Shown in pieces: positions 43,997 through 55,133 of a DNA stretch of 64,000 nt. Source of the DNA: Alphaproteobacteria bacterium (GTDB taxonomy: Bacteria > Pseudomonadota > Alphaproteobacteria > MPNO01 > UBA830); the NCBI GenBank assembly GCA_965243135.1, contig OZ251539.1, positions 5,952,001 to 6,016,000 of the forward strand, given 5' to 3'. The translations under genes were made by a program, and so were the position numbers. The notes under the pieces are model-generated. The model saw only the letters and a program-made list of their open reading frames with translations. It was not told the origin of the DNA and searched no databases. Position 1 is the first letter of the stretch. Every line of letters starts with the position of its first letter.

Positions 43997-44704
43997 TCAC
44001 TCTCCGTACCGGTCGCGGTGGCGCACCCATTCCATCGGGTAGGCCAGGCCCCGTTCGTTCCGCCCCTTCGGAGCGTGGTCGAGAAAGTGATACGCGGTGA
44101 TGAACATGTCGAGGCCGCGGCCGTACGTCGAATACGTGTGATAGATTTCGCCGCCGTCGCCTCTGGCGAACACGCTGAGACCCGGCGCTTCCGTCATCGG
44201 AAACGCGGTTCGCCGGTAATTGTACCAGACCTCGCCTCCCTCGATTTCTTCCGGCGAAAAGGAAACGTCGTAGTCGCGGTTGAAGCCGGCGCCCGCGGAG
44301 GACAGCCATGCGAACGTCCAGCCCATCCGGCGGCGGAACGCCTCGATCTCGGAGAACGGCGCGCTGGAGACGGCGACCAGGGTCACGTCCCGCGCGGCGA
44401 GATGCACGATCGCGGGTTCGAAGTGGTCGGCGAGAAAGGAGCAGCTCGGACAACCGGCTTCCCAGCCAGGGCCCAGCATGAAATGGTAGACCATGAGTTG
44501 TTCGCGTCCGTCGAACAGATCGGAGAGCGACCGCGGACCGTCCGGCCCCTCGAACGCGTAATTCCGTTCCACCCGTTCCCAGGGCAGGTCGCGGCGAGCG
44601 GCGCTGATCGCGTCGCGCGCAAGGGTGAACTCCTTCTCCCTGGCCAGCAGCGCCTTGCGCGCGTCGAGCCATTCCTCGCGAGAAACCACTTTCTTCGGTC
44701 GCAT
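43997..44704 (-). CDS. DUF899 thioredoxin-like protein
   Basis: [33 protein letters not shown]. Confidence 0.9.
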   Translation of the reverse strand: MRPKKVVSREEWLDARKALLAREKEFTLARDAISAARRDLPWERVERNYAFEGPDGPRSLSDLFDGREQLMVYHFMLGPGWEAGCPSCSFLADHFEPAIVHLAARDVTLVAVSSAPFSEIEAFRRRMGWTFAWLSSAGAGFNRDYDVSFSPEEIEGGEVWYNYRRTAFPMTEAPGLSVFARGDGGEIYHTYSTYGRGLDMFITAYHFLDHAPKGRNERGLAYPMEWVRHRDRYGE

Positions 44705-44817
44705 CGCCGTTCTCCCGCAGCTTGGCACGTCCACGATAATCGGTCCGTTACCGTCTTGCCACGGCCGCTTCCCGGCGTCGCCATCCGCCGCGCCGGTCCT
44801 GTCCTCGCGAAACGTCC

Positions 44818-45405
44818 TCAGCGCAGTAAATCCCTCACCCGGCGGCGCAGTTCCGGCAACAGATCGCGGTCGAACCAGGAGTTCTTCTTCTGCCAGGCGG
44901 CGGTCCGCCAGCTGGGATGCGGAGTCGGCAGGTAGTCGGGAAGATAGTCGCGCCATGCGCGGACGGTGTCCGTCATGGTCCTGCCGCGCGTCCTCCCAAG
45001 ATACCATGCCTGGGCGTAAGACCCGACCAGGAGCGTGAGTTCGACATTGCCGAAGACCTCCCGCAGCTTGGGGTGCCACAACGGCGCGCACTCCTTGCGC
45101 GGCGGATAGTCTCCGCCGTTCTCCATGGTTCCGGGATAGCAAAATCCGATCGGAGCGATGGCGATCCGCCCCTCGTCGTAAAACGTCTCTTCGTCGAGAT
45201 CGAGCCATTGCCGCAGGCGCTTGCCGCTGGGGTCGTTCCATGGAACGCCCGTATTGTGCACGCGGATTCCCGGCGCCTGCCCCACGATGCAGAGCCGCGC
45301 CGACTCTCTTCCGCGTATGACCGGCCGCGGCCCGAGCGGCAGGTCGCGCGCGCAATGCTTGCAGGCCCGAATGTCGCGCAGAAGGCCGGCGGATTCCTGA
45401 GGCAC
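44818..45405 (-). CDS. Uracil-DNA glycosylase family protein (start approximate)
   Basis: GQAPG, WNDPSG, GFCYPG, PHPS. Confidence 0.88.
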   Translation of the reverse strand: MPQESAGLLRDIRACKHCARDLPLGPRPVIRGRESARLCIVGQAPGIRVHNTGVPWNDPSGKRLRQWLDLDEETFYDEGRIAIAPIGFCYPGTMENGGDYPPRKECAPLWHPKLREVFGNVELTLLVGSYAQAWYLGRTRGRTMTDTVRAWRDYLPDYLPTPHPSWRTAAWQKKNSWFDRDLLPELRRRVRDLLR

Positions 45406-45966
45406 CTCGCTTATCCCCGCTGCCGTCGGCGTTTCGGGCGGCGCGCCGACGGTTCCGCGCGTCCGTATCGTCGCCTTCGCGGCTGCATCGCGCGCGGTCG
45501 CTCGCGCGCTCGGCCGAAGCGGGCGGCTTTCTGCGGTCGGTGAACCATCGGGTGCCCGGAACTGTGCTCGTTCGCCGCTCGGGACCATGACGCCTTGGGC
45601 CTGCCGGGGCAAGCTTCTCCGGCGCTCCGCCACCGGCCGCGGACGGCCGGGGCCCCGACGCGCGTCGAGGAACTCCCGCCGCCTTCGGGAAGGCCGGCGC
45701 GCTTTCCGTCCTTCGGCGCGGCCGCGGCGCGGCGTTCGGATTTGTTCGCGCCGCCCGGACGTTCGGCTTCGGGCGGCCTCCGTCCCGCGCCCGAAGCGGC
45801 TTCCGCGCGCGTGCGCTCCTCGGGCGGGACGCCGCCCTCGTTTCCGGCGGCGCTCCGCGGGGTCGAATTTCGCGCCTGATCGCGTTTCGCGCAAAATATT
45901 TGCCTTTCAGGTTGACGAAAGCCGGAAGCAGGGGCATTTCAATGCCGTTGTCCACAAGCTGGAAGC

Positions 45967-46692
45967 ATGGCGATGAGATGGCTGGGGCGGATCGGCGAAG
46001 ACATGCGCGTGATCATGGACAAGGACCCGGCGGCGCGGTCGCGTCTCGAGGTGTTCTTCTGCTATCCCGGTTTTCACGCGATACTCTTCCACCGGGCCGC
46101 GCGCGCCGCGTGGAACGCGCGGCTCTTCTTTCTCGGACGCCTGATCTCGTATGCGGGGCGCATCCTCACCGGCATCGAGATTCATCCGGGCGCGAGGATC
46201 GGCCGCCGCCTGTTCATCGATCACGGCATGGGTTGCGTGATCGGCCAGACCGCGGAGGTGGGCTGCGACGTGACCCTCTATCACGGCGTCACCCTCGGCG
46301 GCGTGTCGCTCGAGCGCAAGAAGCGGCATCCGACTCTCGGCGACCGCGTGGTGGTGGGGGCGGGCGCCCAGGTGCTGGGTCCGGTCGTGATCGGCGACGG
46401 CGCCTTGATCGGCGCCAACGCGGTCGTGCTGGCCGACGTGCCGCCCGGCGTCACGATGGTCGGCGTTCCGGCGCGCCAGGCGGCGCCGCGGAAGGAGTCG
46501 GCCGGCGAGTTCGCCGCCTACGGCACGCCGGCGGGCGGCATTCCCGATCCGACGGCGCGGACGCTGGAAGGGATGATGGGCGAAATCCAGGCGTTGCGCG
46601 CCCGCATCGTCGAACTGGAGGACCGCGGGTGCGTCGTCCCGGCGCCGGACGCGAGCGCGGGGCGGACCGGCAAGGCGGGAGGGCGCGGATGA
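45967..46692 (+). CDS. cysE: Serine O-acetyltransferase
   Basis: [25 protein letters not shown]. Confidence 0.95.
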   Translation: MAMRWLGRIGEDMRVIMDKDPAARSRLEVFFCYPGFHAILFHRAARAAWNARLFFLGRLISYAGRILTGIEIHPGARIGRRLFIDHGMGCVIGQTAEVGCDVTLYHGVTLGGVSLERKKRHPTLGDRVVVGAGAQVLGPVVIGDGALIGANAVVLADVPPGVTMVGVPARQAAPRKESAGEFAAYGTPAGGIPDPTARTLEGMMGEIQALRARIVELEDRGCVVPAPDASAGRTGKAGGRG

Positions 46693-47687
46693 GCGTTCGG
46701 GACGGATTCGCGGGGACGGTGGGCGGCACGCCGCTGATCCGCCTGCGCAAGGCGTCGGAAGCCACCGGCTGCGAGATCCTCGGCAAGGCGGAATTCCTGA
46801 ACCCGGGCGGTTCGGTCAAGGACCGCGCGGCGCTCTACATGATTCTCGACGCCGAGAAGAGAGGCGCGCTTCGGCCCGGCGGCGTGATCGTCGAGGGAAC
46901 GGCGGGCAATACGGGGATCGGCCTCGCGCTGGCGGCGAACCCGCGCGGCTACCGCGTCGTCATCGTCATCCCCGAAACCCAGAGCCGCGAGAAGATGGAC
47001 ATGTTGCGGCTGTGCGGCGCCGAGCTCATGCCCGTTCCCGCGAAGCCCTACCGCGATCCCGACAACTACGTCCGAATGTCGGAGCGCGTGGCCGCCGAGT
47101 ACGCGGAGAAGGAGCCGAACGGCACGTTGTGGGCCAACCAGTGGGACAATCCCGCCAACTGGCGCGGACATTACGAGTCCACAGGCCCGGAAATCTGGGA
47201 CCAGACGGGCGGCCGGGTGGACGGCTTCGTCTGCGCCATAGGCACCGGCGGCACGCTGGCGGGCGTCTCGACCTATCTCCGGGAGCGCAATCCCGACGTC
47301 CGGATCGGACTCGCGGATCCCGAGGGCGCCGCCATGTACAGTTATTTCGCGACGGGGGAGCTGGCGTCCGAGGGGTCGTCGATCACCGAGGGGATCGGCC
47401 AGGGGCGAGTGACCGGCAACGTGGCCCAGGCGCGCGTGGATCTGCCGTTCCGCATTCCCGACGCGGAAGCGCTTCCGGTGATCTTCGATCTCCTGAAGGA
47501 CGAGGGCCTCTGTCTCGGGGGATCGTCCGGCGTCAACGTGGCGGGCGCCGTCCGCCTCGCGCGGGAGTTGGGTCCCGGCCATACCGTCGTCACCGTTCTT
47601 TGCGACGGCGGACAACGTTACCAATCGAAGCTGTTCAACCCGGAATACCTTCGCGAGAAGGGACTCCCGGCGCCGGGATGGCTGTGA
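46689..47687 (+). CDS. cysK: Cysteine synthase
   Basis: [26 protein letters not shown]. Confidence 0.92.
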   Translation: MSVRDGFAGTVGGTPLIRLRKASEATGCEILGKAEFLNPGGSVKDRAALYMILDAEKRGALRPGGVIVEGTAGNTGIGLALAANPRGYRVVIVIPETQSREKMDMLRLCGAELMPVPAKPYRDPDNYVRMSERVAAEYAEKEPNGTLWANQWDNPANWRGHYESTGPEIWDQTGGRVDGFVCAIGTGGTLAGVSTYLRERNPDVRIGLADPEGAAMYSYFATGELASEGSSITEGIGQGRVTGNVAQARVDLPFRIPDAEALPVIFDLLKDEGLCLGGSSGVNVAGAVRLARELGPGHTVVTVLCDGGQRYQSKLFNPEYLREKGLPAPGWL

Positions 47688-48280
47688 TGGGCCTCATGCT
47701 GTTGTCGCGGCGGCCGTCGCCGTTCGGGCGCAAGATCGTCTTCGCCGCGGAACATCTCGGACTCGACCTGGACGTCCGGGAAGCCGACGACGAAGAGCTG
47801 CTGCGCAGCCGGAATCCGCTCGCCAAGGTTCCCACGCTCGTTCTGGAGGACGGGCGCGCCCTCTACGACAGCCGCGTCATTCTGGAATTTCTCGACGCTC
47901 GTTCCGGCGGCGGGCGCATCGTTCCGGCGGAACCGGGGGCGCGCTTCGAGGCGCTGCGCCAGGCGGCGCTCGCCGACGGCGTTCTGGAAGCCGCGCTGCT
48001 GATCGTCTACGAGGCGCGCTACCGTCCCGACCGCGAGCCCTACGAGCCGTGGCTCGAGTTCCAGCGCGGCAAGGTCGCGCGCGGACTGGCGGCGATGAAC
48101 GACGCGCCGCCCGCGATCGATCGGCTGACCGTCGGCGGCATCGGGCTTGCATGCGCACTCGAGTACCTCGATTTCCGCCGGCCGTATCTCTGGCGGACGG
48201 ACGTTCCGGCGCTGGCCGGCTGGCTGGCCCTCTTCAACGCCGCCCATCCGGCGTTCGCGAACTCGCGTCCGCCGGGCTGA
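47687..48280 (+). CDS. Glutathione S-transferase family protein
   Basis: SPFGRK, NPLAKVPTL, DSRVI. Confidence 0.88.
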   Translation: MGLMLLSRRPSPFGRKIVFAAEHLGLDLDVREADDEELLRSRNPLAKVPTLVLEDGRALYDSRVILEFLDARSGGGRIVPAEPGARFEALRQAALADGVLEAALLIVYEARYRPDREPYEPWLEFQRGKVARGLAAMNDAPPAIDRLTVGGIGLACALEYLDFRRPYLWRTDVPALAGWLALFNAAHPAFANSRPPG

Positions 48281-48295
48281 CCGCGTTTTTCGCCG

Positions 48296-48829
48296 CTACC
48301 TCAGGCCGAATTCCGCCAAGGGGACGTACGCGTACCCCGAACGCCCCGGCCGGCTTTCGTAGAGCACGAATTCCCTCGCCTCGAACGGCGGCGCGGCGAA
48401 GCGCGCGGCACCCTCGAGCCACGCTCTGACGTGATCCGGCCGCGCGCGGCCGAGCCGGGCGATCGTCACGTGAGGCGCGTATTTTCGGCTTTCGTAGGCG
48501 AGGCCGCACGAAGCCAGCGCGCGGTCGATCCGGTCGCGCAGGATCAGCAGCTCGGGCGCGGCGCGGACCCCGATCCAGACGGAGTAGGCTTTCTTGCGGT
48601 TGCCGAAGTGCCCCGAGCCTTCAAGCGTCACGGCGACGGGATCGGAACGGACGTCCGCCAGCGCTTCGGCGACGTCGCCGCCGGCGGCTTCGTTGACTTC
48701 GCCGATGAAGCGCAACGTGACGTGCAGGTTCTCCGGCGCGACCCATCGCGCGCCGTCCACGCCGGCGGCCAGCGCGGAGAGGCGCGCGCGGTGTTCTTCG
48801 GGAACGGCCAGCGCCGTGAACAGTCGCAT
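48296..48829 (-). CDS. thpR: RNA 2',3'-cyclic phosphodiesterase
   Basis: Two HxT motifs (LHVTLRF, PHVTIAR). Confidence 0.92.
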   Translation of the reverse strand: MRLFTALAVPEEHRARLSALAAGVDGARWVAPENLHVTLRFIGEVNEAAGGDVAEALADVRSDPVAVTLEGSGHFGNRKKAYSVWIGVRAAPELLILRDRIDRALASCGLAYESRKYAPHVTIARLGRARPDHVRAWLEGAARFAAPPFEAREFVLYESRPGRSGYAYVPLAEFGLR

Positions 48830-48842
48830 CTCGTCTTCCTCG

Positions 48843-49949
48843 TCAGGAGAATACCGTCAGAACGCCCGTGTAGCCGTAGAGGCGGTTCTTGGAGATTTCG
48901 CCGTTGGCGAAGAAGCCGATCAGAGGCGCGTCCTCGCCGAGAGCGGCCCGAACCGCCTTCGCCTCCTCGGAGTTCGGTCCGAAGAGGTTGGGTCCGCGGG
49001 CGACGCAGGAGACGTAGAGCGCGGCTTTCGGCGGGCCGCCCATGCGGCCGGTCACGTCGACCAGCATGCGGTCGAGGTCTTTCGCGGCGGCTTCGGCGTC
49101 CCGGCGCACGAACATGACGCGGTCGCCGGGAGAGACCCTGTCGCCGATCGCGATCAGTTTCTCCCGGGCGTCGATCCCGAGCAGATTGCGCACCAGGTAG
49201 TCGCCCGTGTCGTCGCCGGAGATCGGCAGCGCGGCGTGAATCGGGACGCGTTCGCGCAGCAGCGCTTCGCCGACGTCTTCCCTGAACACGTCGAGCGCCG
49301 CTCGCCCGTCCAGTTCGGCAATGACGTTGTCGTCGGCGGCGGTCACTTCGCGAACGCCGCCCACCGGCGCGCATCCCTGGCTCAAGCCGCAGGTCACGGG
49401 CACGTTTCCGGCGAACAGCGCGCCGCATACGCCGCCCTCGACGACGCGATCCGCAAGCTGGGCGTGCCGCCCCCGAGAGGAGGTCAGGCCGCCGACGAGG
49501 AAAGCGTCCGTGTCGTCCGATATCGAGTCGAGAATTTCCGGGACGTAGGCATTGTTCGGGTCGGCGTGAACCACGCCCAACATGGGACGGGCGCGCTCGA
49601 TCCACCGCGTCACGTCCGCGTCCAGCGCGTCGCCCGGCTTCTCGACGGGCGGCAGAACCCGGAACGATTCGTCCGGGAACGCCCCCAGCATCGCCGCGAT
49701 CGCCGGTTTTCCGTAATGTTCCCGGGCGCCGGCCAGCACGCCGATGCCGATCGTTCCGATCCAGTGGGCGACGCCGGTTCGTTCGCGAAGCGTCGCGGCG
49801 ATTCGCGGCAATTCGTCGGCCAGCATGTCGGTGACGTAGAGAAAGCCGAGGTTCGCGCCTTCCGGGGGCGTTCCCATCCGTTCGAGGCAGGAAAGGGCGA
49901 GTTCTTCCCAGTCGCCGTCCGCGGCGTGTCCGAAAGCGGCGTCGTCCAT
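48843..49949 (-). CDS. FIST domain signal-transduction protein
   Basis: SQGCAP, YLVRN, SCVARG, GFFANGEI. Confidence 0.88.
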   Translation of the reverse strand: MDDAAFGHAADGDWEELALSCLERMGTPPEGANLGFLYVTDMLADELPRIAATLRERTGVAHWIGTIGIGVLAGAREHYGKPAIAAMLGAFPDESFRVLPPVEKPGDALDADVTRWIERARPMLGVVHADPNNAYVPEILDSISDDTDAFLVGGLTSSRGRHAQLADRVVEGGVCGALFAGNVPVTCGLSQGCAPVGGVREVTAADDNVIAELDGRAALDVFREDVGEALLRERVPIHAALPISGDDTGDYLVRNLLGIDAREKLIAIGDRVSPGDRVMFVRRDAEAAAKDLDRMLVDVTGRMGGPPKAALYVSCVARGPNLFGPNSEEAKAVRAALGEDAPLIGFFANGEISKNRLYGYTGVLTVFS

Positions 49950-49953
49950 CGCT

Positions 49954-50622
49954 CTATTCCTCGCCGCCCAGCAGGCGGATTACGTACGGCAGGATCCGTT
50001 CGACGATCACGGACACGCCCGCGGCATTGGGGTGAATGCCGTCCGTCTGGTTGAGCGCCGGGTCGGCGGCGACGCCACCGAGAAAGAACGGGTAAAGGTC
50101 GAGGCCGTGCTTTCTCGCGAGGTCGGGGTAGATGCGCCGGAACGCCTCCTCGTACGCCTTTCCCCAATTGGGCGGAGCGTACATGCCGGCCAGCAGGATC
50201 TCCACGCCGGCCCGGCGCAGGCGAGACAGCAGCCGATCGAGGTTGTCGCGGGCGATCGCAGGGTCGATTCCCCGCAGCGCGTCGTTGGCGCCCAGCTCGA
50301 CCACGGCGTGGGACGGCCGGTCGGCCAGCGCCCAGTCGATCCGGGCGAGCCCGCCGGCGGTGGTGTCGCCGGAGACGCCGCCGTCGAAAACGGTCACCTC
50401 CAGGCCGCGCCCGCGCAGCGCCGCTTCCAGCCGGGCCGGGAACGCCTGGTCTTGCGGAAGCCCGTAGCCGGCCGTCAGGCTGTCGCCCAACAGCAGCAAC
50501 CGGGCGGCGTCCGCCGGTCCCGCCTGCAGGACGACGGCGAGCGCGATCGCGGAGAGCAGATGTTTAAGAAGACGGACGGACGCACTATATGAAGGGCATC
50601 CCCGAACTTGGCGGAGCGCCAT
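49954..50622 (-). CDS. tesA: Arylesterase/acyl-CoA thioesterase I (SGNH hydrolase); start uncertain
   Basis: GDSLTAGYG, GVSGDTT, ELGAND, DGIHP; divergent from ybbA. Confidence 0.9.
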   Translation of the reverse strand: MALRQVRGCPSYSASVRLLKHLLSAIALAVVLQAGPADAARLLLLGDSLTAGYGLPQDQAFPARLEAALRGRGLEVTVFDGGVSGDTTAGGLARIDWALADRPSHAVVELGANDALRGIDPAIARDNLDRLLSRLRRAGVEILLAGMYAPPNWGKAYEEAFRRIYPDLARKHGLDLYPFFLGGVAADPALNQTDGIHPNAAGVSVIVERILPYVIRLLGGEE

Positions 50623-51325
50623 GAAAGACGATATCGGCATCCGGGAACCCATGGTTCTTCTCGACGGCGTCGAGCTGAAACTGGAGAGCGAAGCGGGTTC
50701 CGTCAACATCCTCAAAGGAATAAATCTCCGGATCTCGGCCGGGGAAACGGTCAGCGTGGTGGGTCCGTCCGGTTCCGGAAAGACCTCGATGCTGCTGCTC
50801 GTCGGCGGACTGGAGCGGCAGACGGCGGGCCGCGTGATCGTGGCGGGACAGGATCTGCGGACCCTCGACGAGGACGGCCTCGCCCGTTTCCGCCGGGACA
50901 ACGTGGGCATCGTGTTCCAGAATTTCCACCTGGTCCCGACCATGTCCGCTCTGGAGAACGTCGCCATTCCCATCGAACTCGCCGGCCTGGGAGACGCGCT
51001 GGACCGCGCGCGCGGCGCGCTGGGCTCGGTCGGCCTCGAGAATCGATTGTCGCATTACCCCGGCCAGCTGTCGGGCGGCGAACAGCAGCGCGTGGCGCTG
51101 GCGCGCGCCATCGTGACGCGGCCGCGGCTTCTCCTCGCCGACGAGCCCACCGGCAATCTCGACGGCCGGACGGGCGACGCGGTGATCGAGCTCCTGTTCG
51201 CGCTGCGGGCGGAACACGGCGCGACCCTGGTGCTGATCACGCACAATCCGGCGCTCGCGCGCCGGTGCGCTCGCACGATCGAACTGGAGGACGGCGCGGT
51301 CGGCGCGGACCGCGTCGCCGCATGA
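50621..51325 (+). CDS. ybbA: ABC transporter ATP-binding protein
   Basis: GPSGSGKT, LSGGEQQR, DEPTGNLD. Confidence 0.92.
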   Translation: MKDDIGIREPMVLLDGVELKLESEAGSVNILKGINLRISAGETVSVVGPSGSGKTSMLLLVGGLERQTAGRVIVAGQDLRTLDEDGLARFRRDNVGIVFQNFHLVPTMSALENVAIPIELAGLGDALDRARGALGSVGLENRLSHYPGQLSGGEQQRVALARAIVTRPRLLLADEPTGNLDGRTGDAVIELLFALRAEHGATLVLITHNPALARRCARTIELEDGAVGADRVAA

Positions 51326-53847
51326 ACGGGACGGGCGGAGCCGCGTTTCGCATCGCGCGGCGCGAACTGCGCGGCGGCGTCGGCGGGTTCCGGGTCTTCC
51401 TCGCCTGCCTCGCGCTCGGCGTCGGCTCCATCGCGGCGGTCGGCTCCATCGCGTCTTCGGTCACGACCGGCCTCGAAAAAGACGGAGCCGCCATGCTCGG
51501 CGGCGACGCGGCGCTTCGCGTGGCGCATCGCGACATCTCCCGGGAGGAACGCGCCTGGCTGGAACGCCGCGCCGACGTCTCGCGAGTCGTCTATCTCCGG
51601 TCGATGGCCCGCGCCGGAGCCAGGCGCTCGCTGGTCGAAATGAAGATGGTGGACGGAGCGTATCCGCTCTACGGCGCGCTCGAGACCCGGCCCGCGCTCG
51701 ACGCGGACGGCCCGTTCGCGAAGCGCGGCGGCGCTTGGGGGGCGGTCGTGGATCCCGCGCTGCTCCGGCGCCTTGGAATCGAGGTCGGAGACACGCTGGA
51801 GGTCGGCGGCGCGGTCTACCGGATAGCCGCCGAGATCGACCGCGAGCCGGATCGGGTTTCGGGCGCGCGGCCGTTGCAGCTGGGTCCCCGCTTCATCGCT
51901 TCGTCCGAATCGCTGGACGAAACCGAGCTGATCCGGCCGGGCAGCCAGGTCTGGTACTTTTACCGGGTAAGGCTCGAGGATCCGGGCGGCCTCGACGCCT
52001 GGAAGGAGGATCTCGAACGCGCGTTTCCCGACGGCCAGTGGATCGTCCGCGACCGGACCAACGCGTCGCCCACGATCAAGCGCTTCGTCGATCGGACGAC
52101 GCTCTTCATGACGCTCGTCGGGCTTACCGCCCTTCTGGTGGGCGGCGTCGGGGTCGGCAATGCGGTGCGCGATTTTCTGGCCGGCAAGATGCAGACGATC
52201 GCGACCCTCAAATGCGTCGGCGCGCCGTCGCGGACGATCTTCGCGGCGTATCTGATGCAGGTGCTGACGATGGCGGCGCTGGGGGTGGCGCTCGGCCTCC
52301 TGGCGGGCGGATTGGCTCCGGTCCTCCTGGCGGACCTGCTGCGCGACGCCTTGCCGGTCGCCGCGCGGGTCGACGTCTACGGACGGCCTCTGGCGCTCGC
52401 CGCGGCCTTCGGCTTCCTCGCCTCGCTCGCCTTCGCGGTCTGGCCGATCGCCAGGGCGTGCGAACTGCCGGCCGCGGCGCTGTTTCGCGATGTTGTCGCG
52501 AGCGTCCGCGCCCGCCCGCCATGGCCTTATGCCGCGGCGACCGCCGCGCTCTTGGCGGCGCTAGCCGCGCTCGCGGTCGGAACCGCCGAGAGTCGCGTCA
52601 TCGCTCTGTGGTTCGTGGCGGGCGCCGCGGCGGCCATGGCCCTGTTCGGCTTCGCCGGCGCGCTCGTCAGGCGGGCGGCCGGAATCGCGGCGCGGGCGGG
52701 CGGAGTCGGACTGCGCCTGTCGCTCGCCAATCTCCATCGTCCGGGCGCGCCGACCGGCAGCGTCGTGCTGTCGCTCGGCCTCGGACTGACGGTTCTGGTG
52801 GCGGTGACGCTCATCGAGACGAATCTGGGCAACCAGATCACCCGCAGCCTGCCTGCGCGCGCGCCGGGCTATTTCTTCGTCGACATCCAGACGGATCAAT
52901 TGCCCGAGTTCGAGAACGTCGTCAGGAGCAACGAAGGGTTTCGCGCCGTCCGCAGCACGCCGATGCTGCGGGGGCGGGTGACGCGGATCAACGGCGCGAC
53001 GGCCCGGCCGGAGAACGTTCCGCCGGACGCCCGCTGGGTCCTGCGGGGCGACAGGGGGGTCACCTGGGCGCGCGAACTGCCCGAGGACGAGATCGTCGTC
53101 GCCGGCGACTGGTGGTCCGCCGACTACGACGGCCCGCCGCTTCTTTCCATGGCGGTCGGCACCGCGACGGAGCTCGGTCTGGGAGTCGGAGACACCGTCA
53201 CCATCAACATACTCGGGCGGAACGTCACGGGACGGATCGCCAATCTGCGGGACGTGCGCTGGGACACGTTGCGCATGAACTTCATATTCATTTTCTCGCC
53301 GGGGCTGCTCGAGTCCGCGCCGCAGACGCATCTCGCGACGGTTCACGCCGACCCGGCGCTGGAAACCGGCATCGAACGCGCCGTCGCCGCCGCGTTTCCC
53401 GGGATCACCGCGATCCGGGTGCGCGACGTGCTCGACACCGTGGCGAGTTTTCTGGAGCGGCTGGGCATCGCCATTCGGCTGACGGCGGGCGTGGCCATCG
53501 CCGCCGGCGCGTTCGTGCTGGCGGGAGCGGTCGCCGCCGGCCACAGGCGGCGGGTCTACGACTCGGTGGTGCTCAAGGTGCTGGGCGCGACCCGCAGGCG
53601 GATCGTGGGATCGCTGCTGCTCGAATACGGTTTGCTGGGGCTTCTCACCGCGATCGTGGCCGCCGTCGTCGGCACCGCCGCGGCTTGGGCGGTGGTGACG
53701 GAAGTGATGGGGTTTTCGTTCGTTTTCGATCCCGGGGCGGTCGCGGCCACGATGGCGATTTCCGTCTGCGTCGCCATGTCGCTGGGATTTTTCGGCATCT
53801 GGAGGGCGCTCGGCCATCGGGCGGCGCCGCTTCTCAGAAACGAATAG
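51322..53847 (+). CDS. ybbP: ABC transporter permease (FtsX-like)
   Basis: ARRELRGG, YPLYG, FFVDIQ, LKVLGA; coupled to ybbA. Confidence 0.9.
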   Translation: MNGTGGAAFRIARRELRGGVGGFRVFLACLALGVGSIAAVGSIASSVTTGLEKDGAAMLGGDAALRVAHRDISREERAWLERRADVSRVVYLRSMARAGARRSLVEMKMVDGAYPLYGALETRPALDADGPFAKRGGAWGAVVDPALLRRLGIEVGDTLEVGGAVYRIAAEIDREPDRVSGARPLQLGPRFIASSESLDETELIRPGSQVWYFYRVRLEDPGGLDAWKEDLERAFPDGQWIVRDRTNASPTIKRFVDRTTLFMTLVGLTALLVGGVGVGNAVRDFLAGKMQTIATLKCVGAPSRTIFAAYLMQVLTMAALGVALGLLAGGLAPVLLADLLRDALPVAARVDVYGRPLALAAAFGFLASLAFAVWPIARACELPAAALFRDVVASVRARPPWPYAAATAALLAALAALAVGTAESRVIALWFVAGAAAAMALFGFAGALVRRAAGIAARAGGVGLRLSLANLHRPGAPTGSVVLSLGLGLTVLVAVTLIETNLGNQITRSLPARAPGYFFVDIQTDQLPEFENVVRSNEGFRAVRSTPMLRGRVTRINGATARPENVPPDARWVLRGDRGVTWARELPEDEIVVAGDWWSADYDGPPLLSMAVGTATELGLGVGDTVTINILGRNVTGRIANLRDVRWDTLRMNFIFIFSPGLLESAPQTHLATVHADPALETGIERAVAAAFPGITAIRVRDVLDTVASFLERLGIAIRLTAGVAIAAGAFVLAGAVAAGHRRRVYDSVVLKVLGATRRRIVGSLLLEYGLLGLLTAIVAAVVGTAAAWAVVTEVMGFSFVFDPGAVAATMAISVCVAMSLGFFGIWRALGHRAAPLLRNE

Positions 53848-53953
53848 GCGCGTCTTCGGCCGGTTCATGTTCCGGGGACGCGCCGCCGCGGTTGATTTTG
53901 CGGATGCGCGAACGCATATTGCAGGCGTTGCAACCGTTCAATGAGGGCTTTCC

Positions 53954-54712
53954 ATGGCTTTCCAGACAGACAGGGGAGCGTTCGCGGGCGCGCGGGCGGC
54001 CGACCGGGCCGAGTTCGACGCCGGACTTCGCGCTCACATGCTCCGGGTCTACAACTACATGGCGTCCGGTATGGCGCTGACCGGCATATTCGCGGTGATC
54101 GTCGCGCAGATGTCGATCGTAACCAACGGCGCCGGCGATATCGTCGGCCTGACCGAATTCGGACGAACTCTGTTCGCCACCGGCCTGAAATGGGTCGTAA
54201 TGCTGGCGCCGCTCGGCCTCGTGTTCTTCCTGAGCGCGAGGCTGCACGCCCTGAAGGCGTCGACGGCGCAGGGCGTGTTCTGGTTTTACGCGGCGCTGAT
54301 GGGAGTCTCGTTGGCGACGATCTTCATCGCCTTTACGGGCGCCAGCGTCGCGCGGGTGTTCTTCATCACCGCCGGCACCTTCGCCGGCATGAGCCTGTGG
54401 GGCTATACGACGAAGAAGGATCTGTCGGGCTTCGGTTCGTTCCTGTTCATGGGGCTCATCGGCGTCATCATCGCCAGCATCGTCAATATCTTCATCGGAA
54501 GTTCGGCGCTTCAGTTCGCGATTTCGGTGATCGGCGTGCTCGTCTTCGTCGGGCTTACGGCTTACGACACGCAGAACATCAAGAACGAGTACGCCGAGCA
54601 TTACGACGAGGAGACCCAGGGCAAGCTGGCGATTTCGGGGGCGCTGCGGCTTTACCTCGATTTCATCAATCTCTTCATCATGCTGCTGCACCTTTTCGGC
54701 GATCGCCGCTAA
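53954..54712 (+). CDS. yccA: Bax inhibitor-1/YccA family membrane protein
   Basis: DAGLRAHMLRVYNYM, GYTTKKDLS, LYLDFINLF. Confidence 0.92.
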   Translation: MAFQTDRGAFAGARAADRAEFDAGLRAHMLRVYNYMASGMALTGIFAVIVAQMSIVTNGAGDIVGLTEFGRTLFATGLKWVVMLAPLGLVFFLSARLHALKASTAQGVFWFYAALMGVSLATIFIAFTGASVARVFFITAGTFAGMSLWGYTTKKDLSGFGSFLFMGLIGVIIASIVNIFIGSSALQFAISVIGVLVFVGLTAYDTQNIKNEYAEHYDEETQGKLAISGALRLYLDFINLFIMLLHLFGDRR

Positions 54713-55133
54713 ACGCGGCGTCCGGGCGCCCGACGGGCACCCGGACGCCGCGGCGGCCTGCCGGGCAGGCGCCGAGCGGAAGGGAGCGGCGACCGCGCGT
54801 TCGACGCCGGATTCCGGCTGAACGGCGGCGCGGCTCCGGACGAGGACGCATGGACCCTGCTCCGGCGCGCGAGGGCGGATTCCGGCTTCGGACGAACTCG
54901 CCAGACGAAACGGCGGCGGCGACGCCCGGGCCGGCGCCCTTCGCCCGAGAGGACGTCCGCGCCGCGAAAGCTCGCCGCCATGCCGGAATCGCCGGCCGCA
55001 AGCGGCGTCGCGCGCGGCCGGAGTTCGGGCGCGGCGCGGGAGAACCGAGCAGGAGAGGCGGTCGCGACGGTTCGTCGAGGGCCGCGCGGCGGCCGGAACG
55101 GGGGCGAGGTTTTCGACGAACGCCGGGGCGTCC

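Noticed and set aside
45420-45960. Possible ncRNA or ORF in the GC-rich gap between the UDG gene and cysE (also 54720-55130)
   Set aside because: Low-complexity GC sequence with no recognisable RNA motif or credible ORF.
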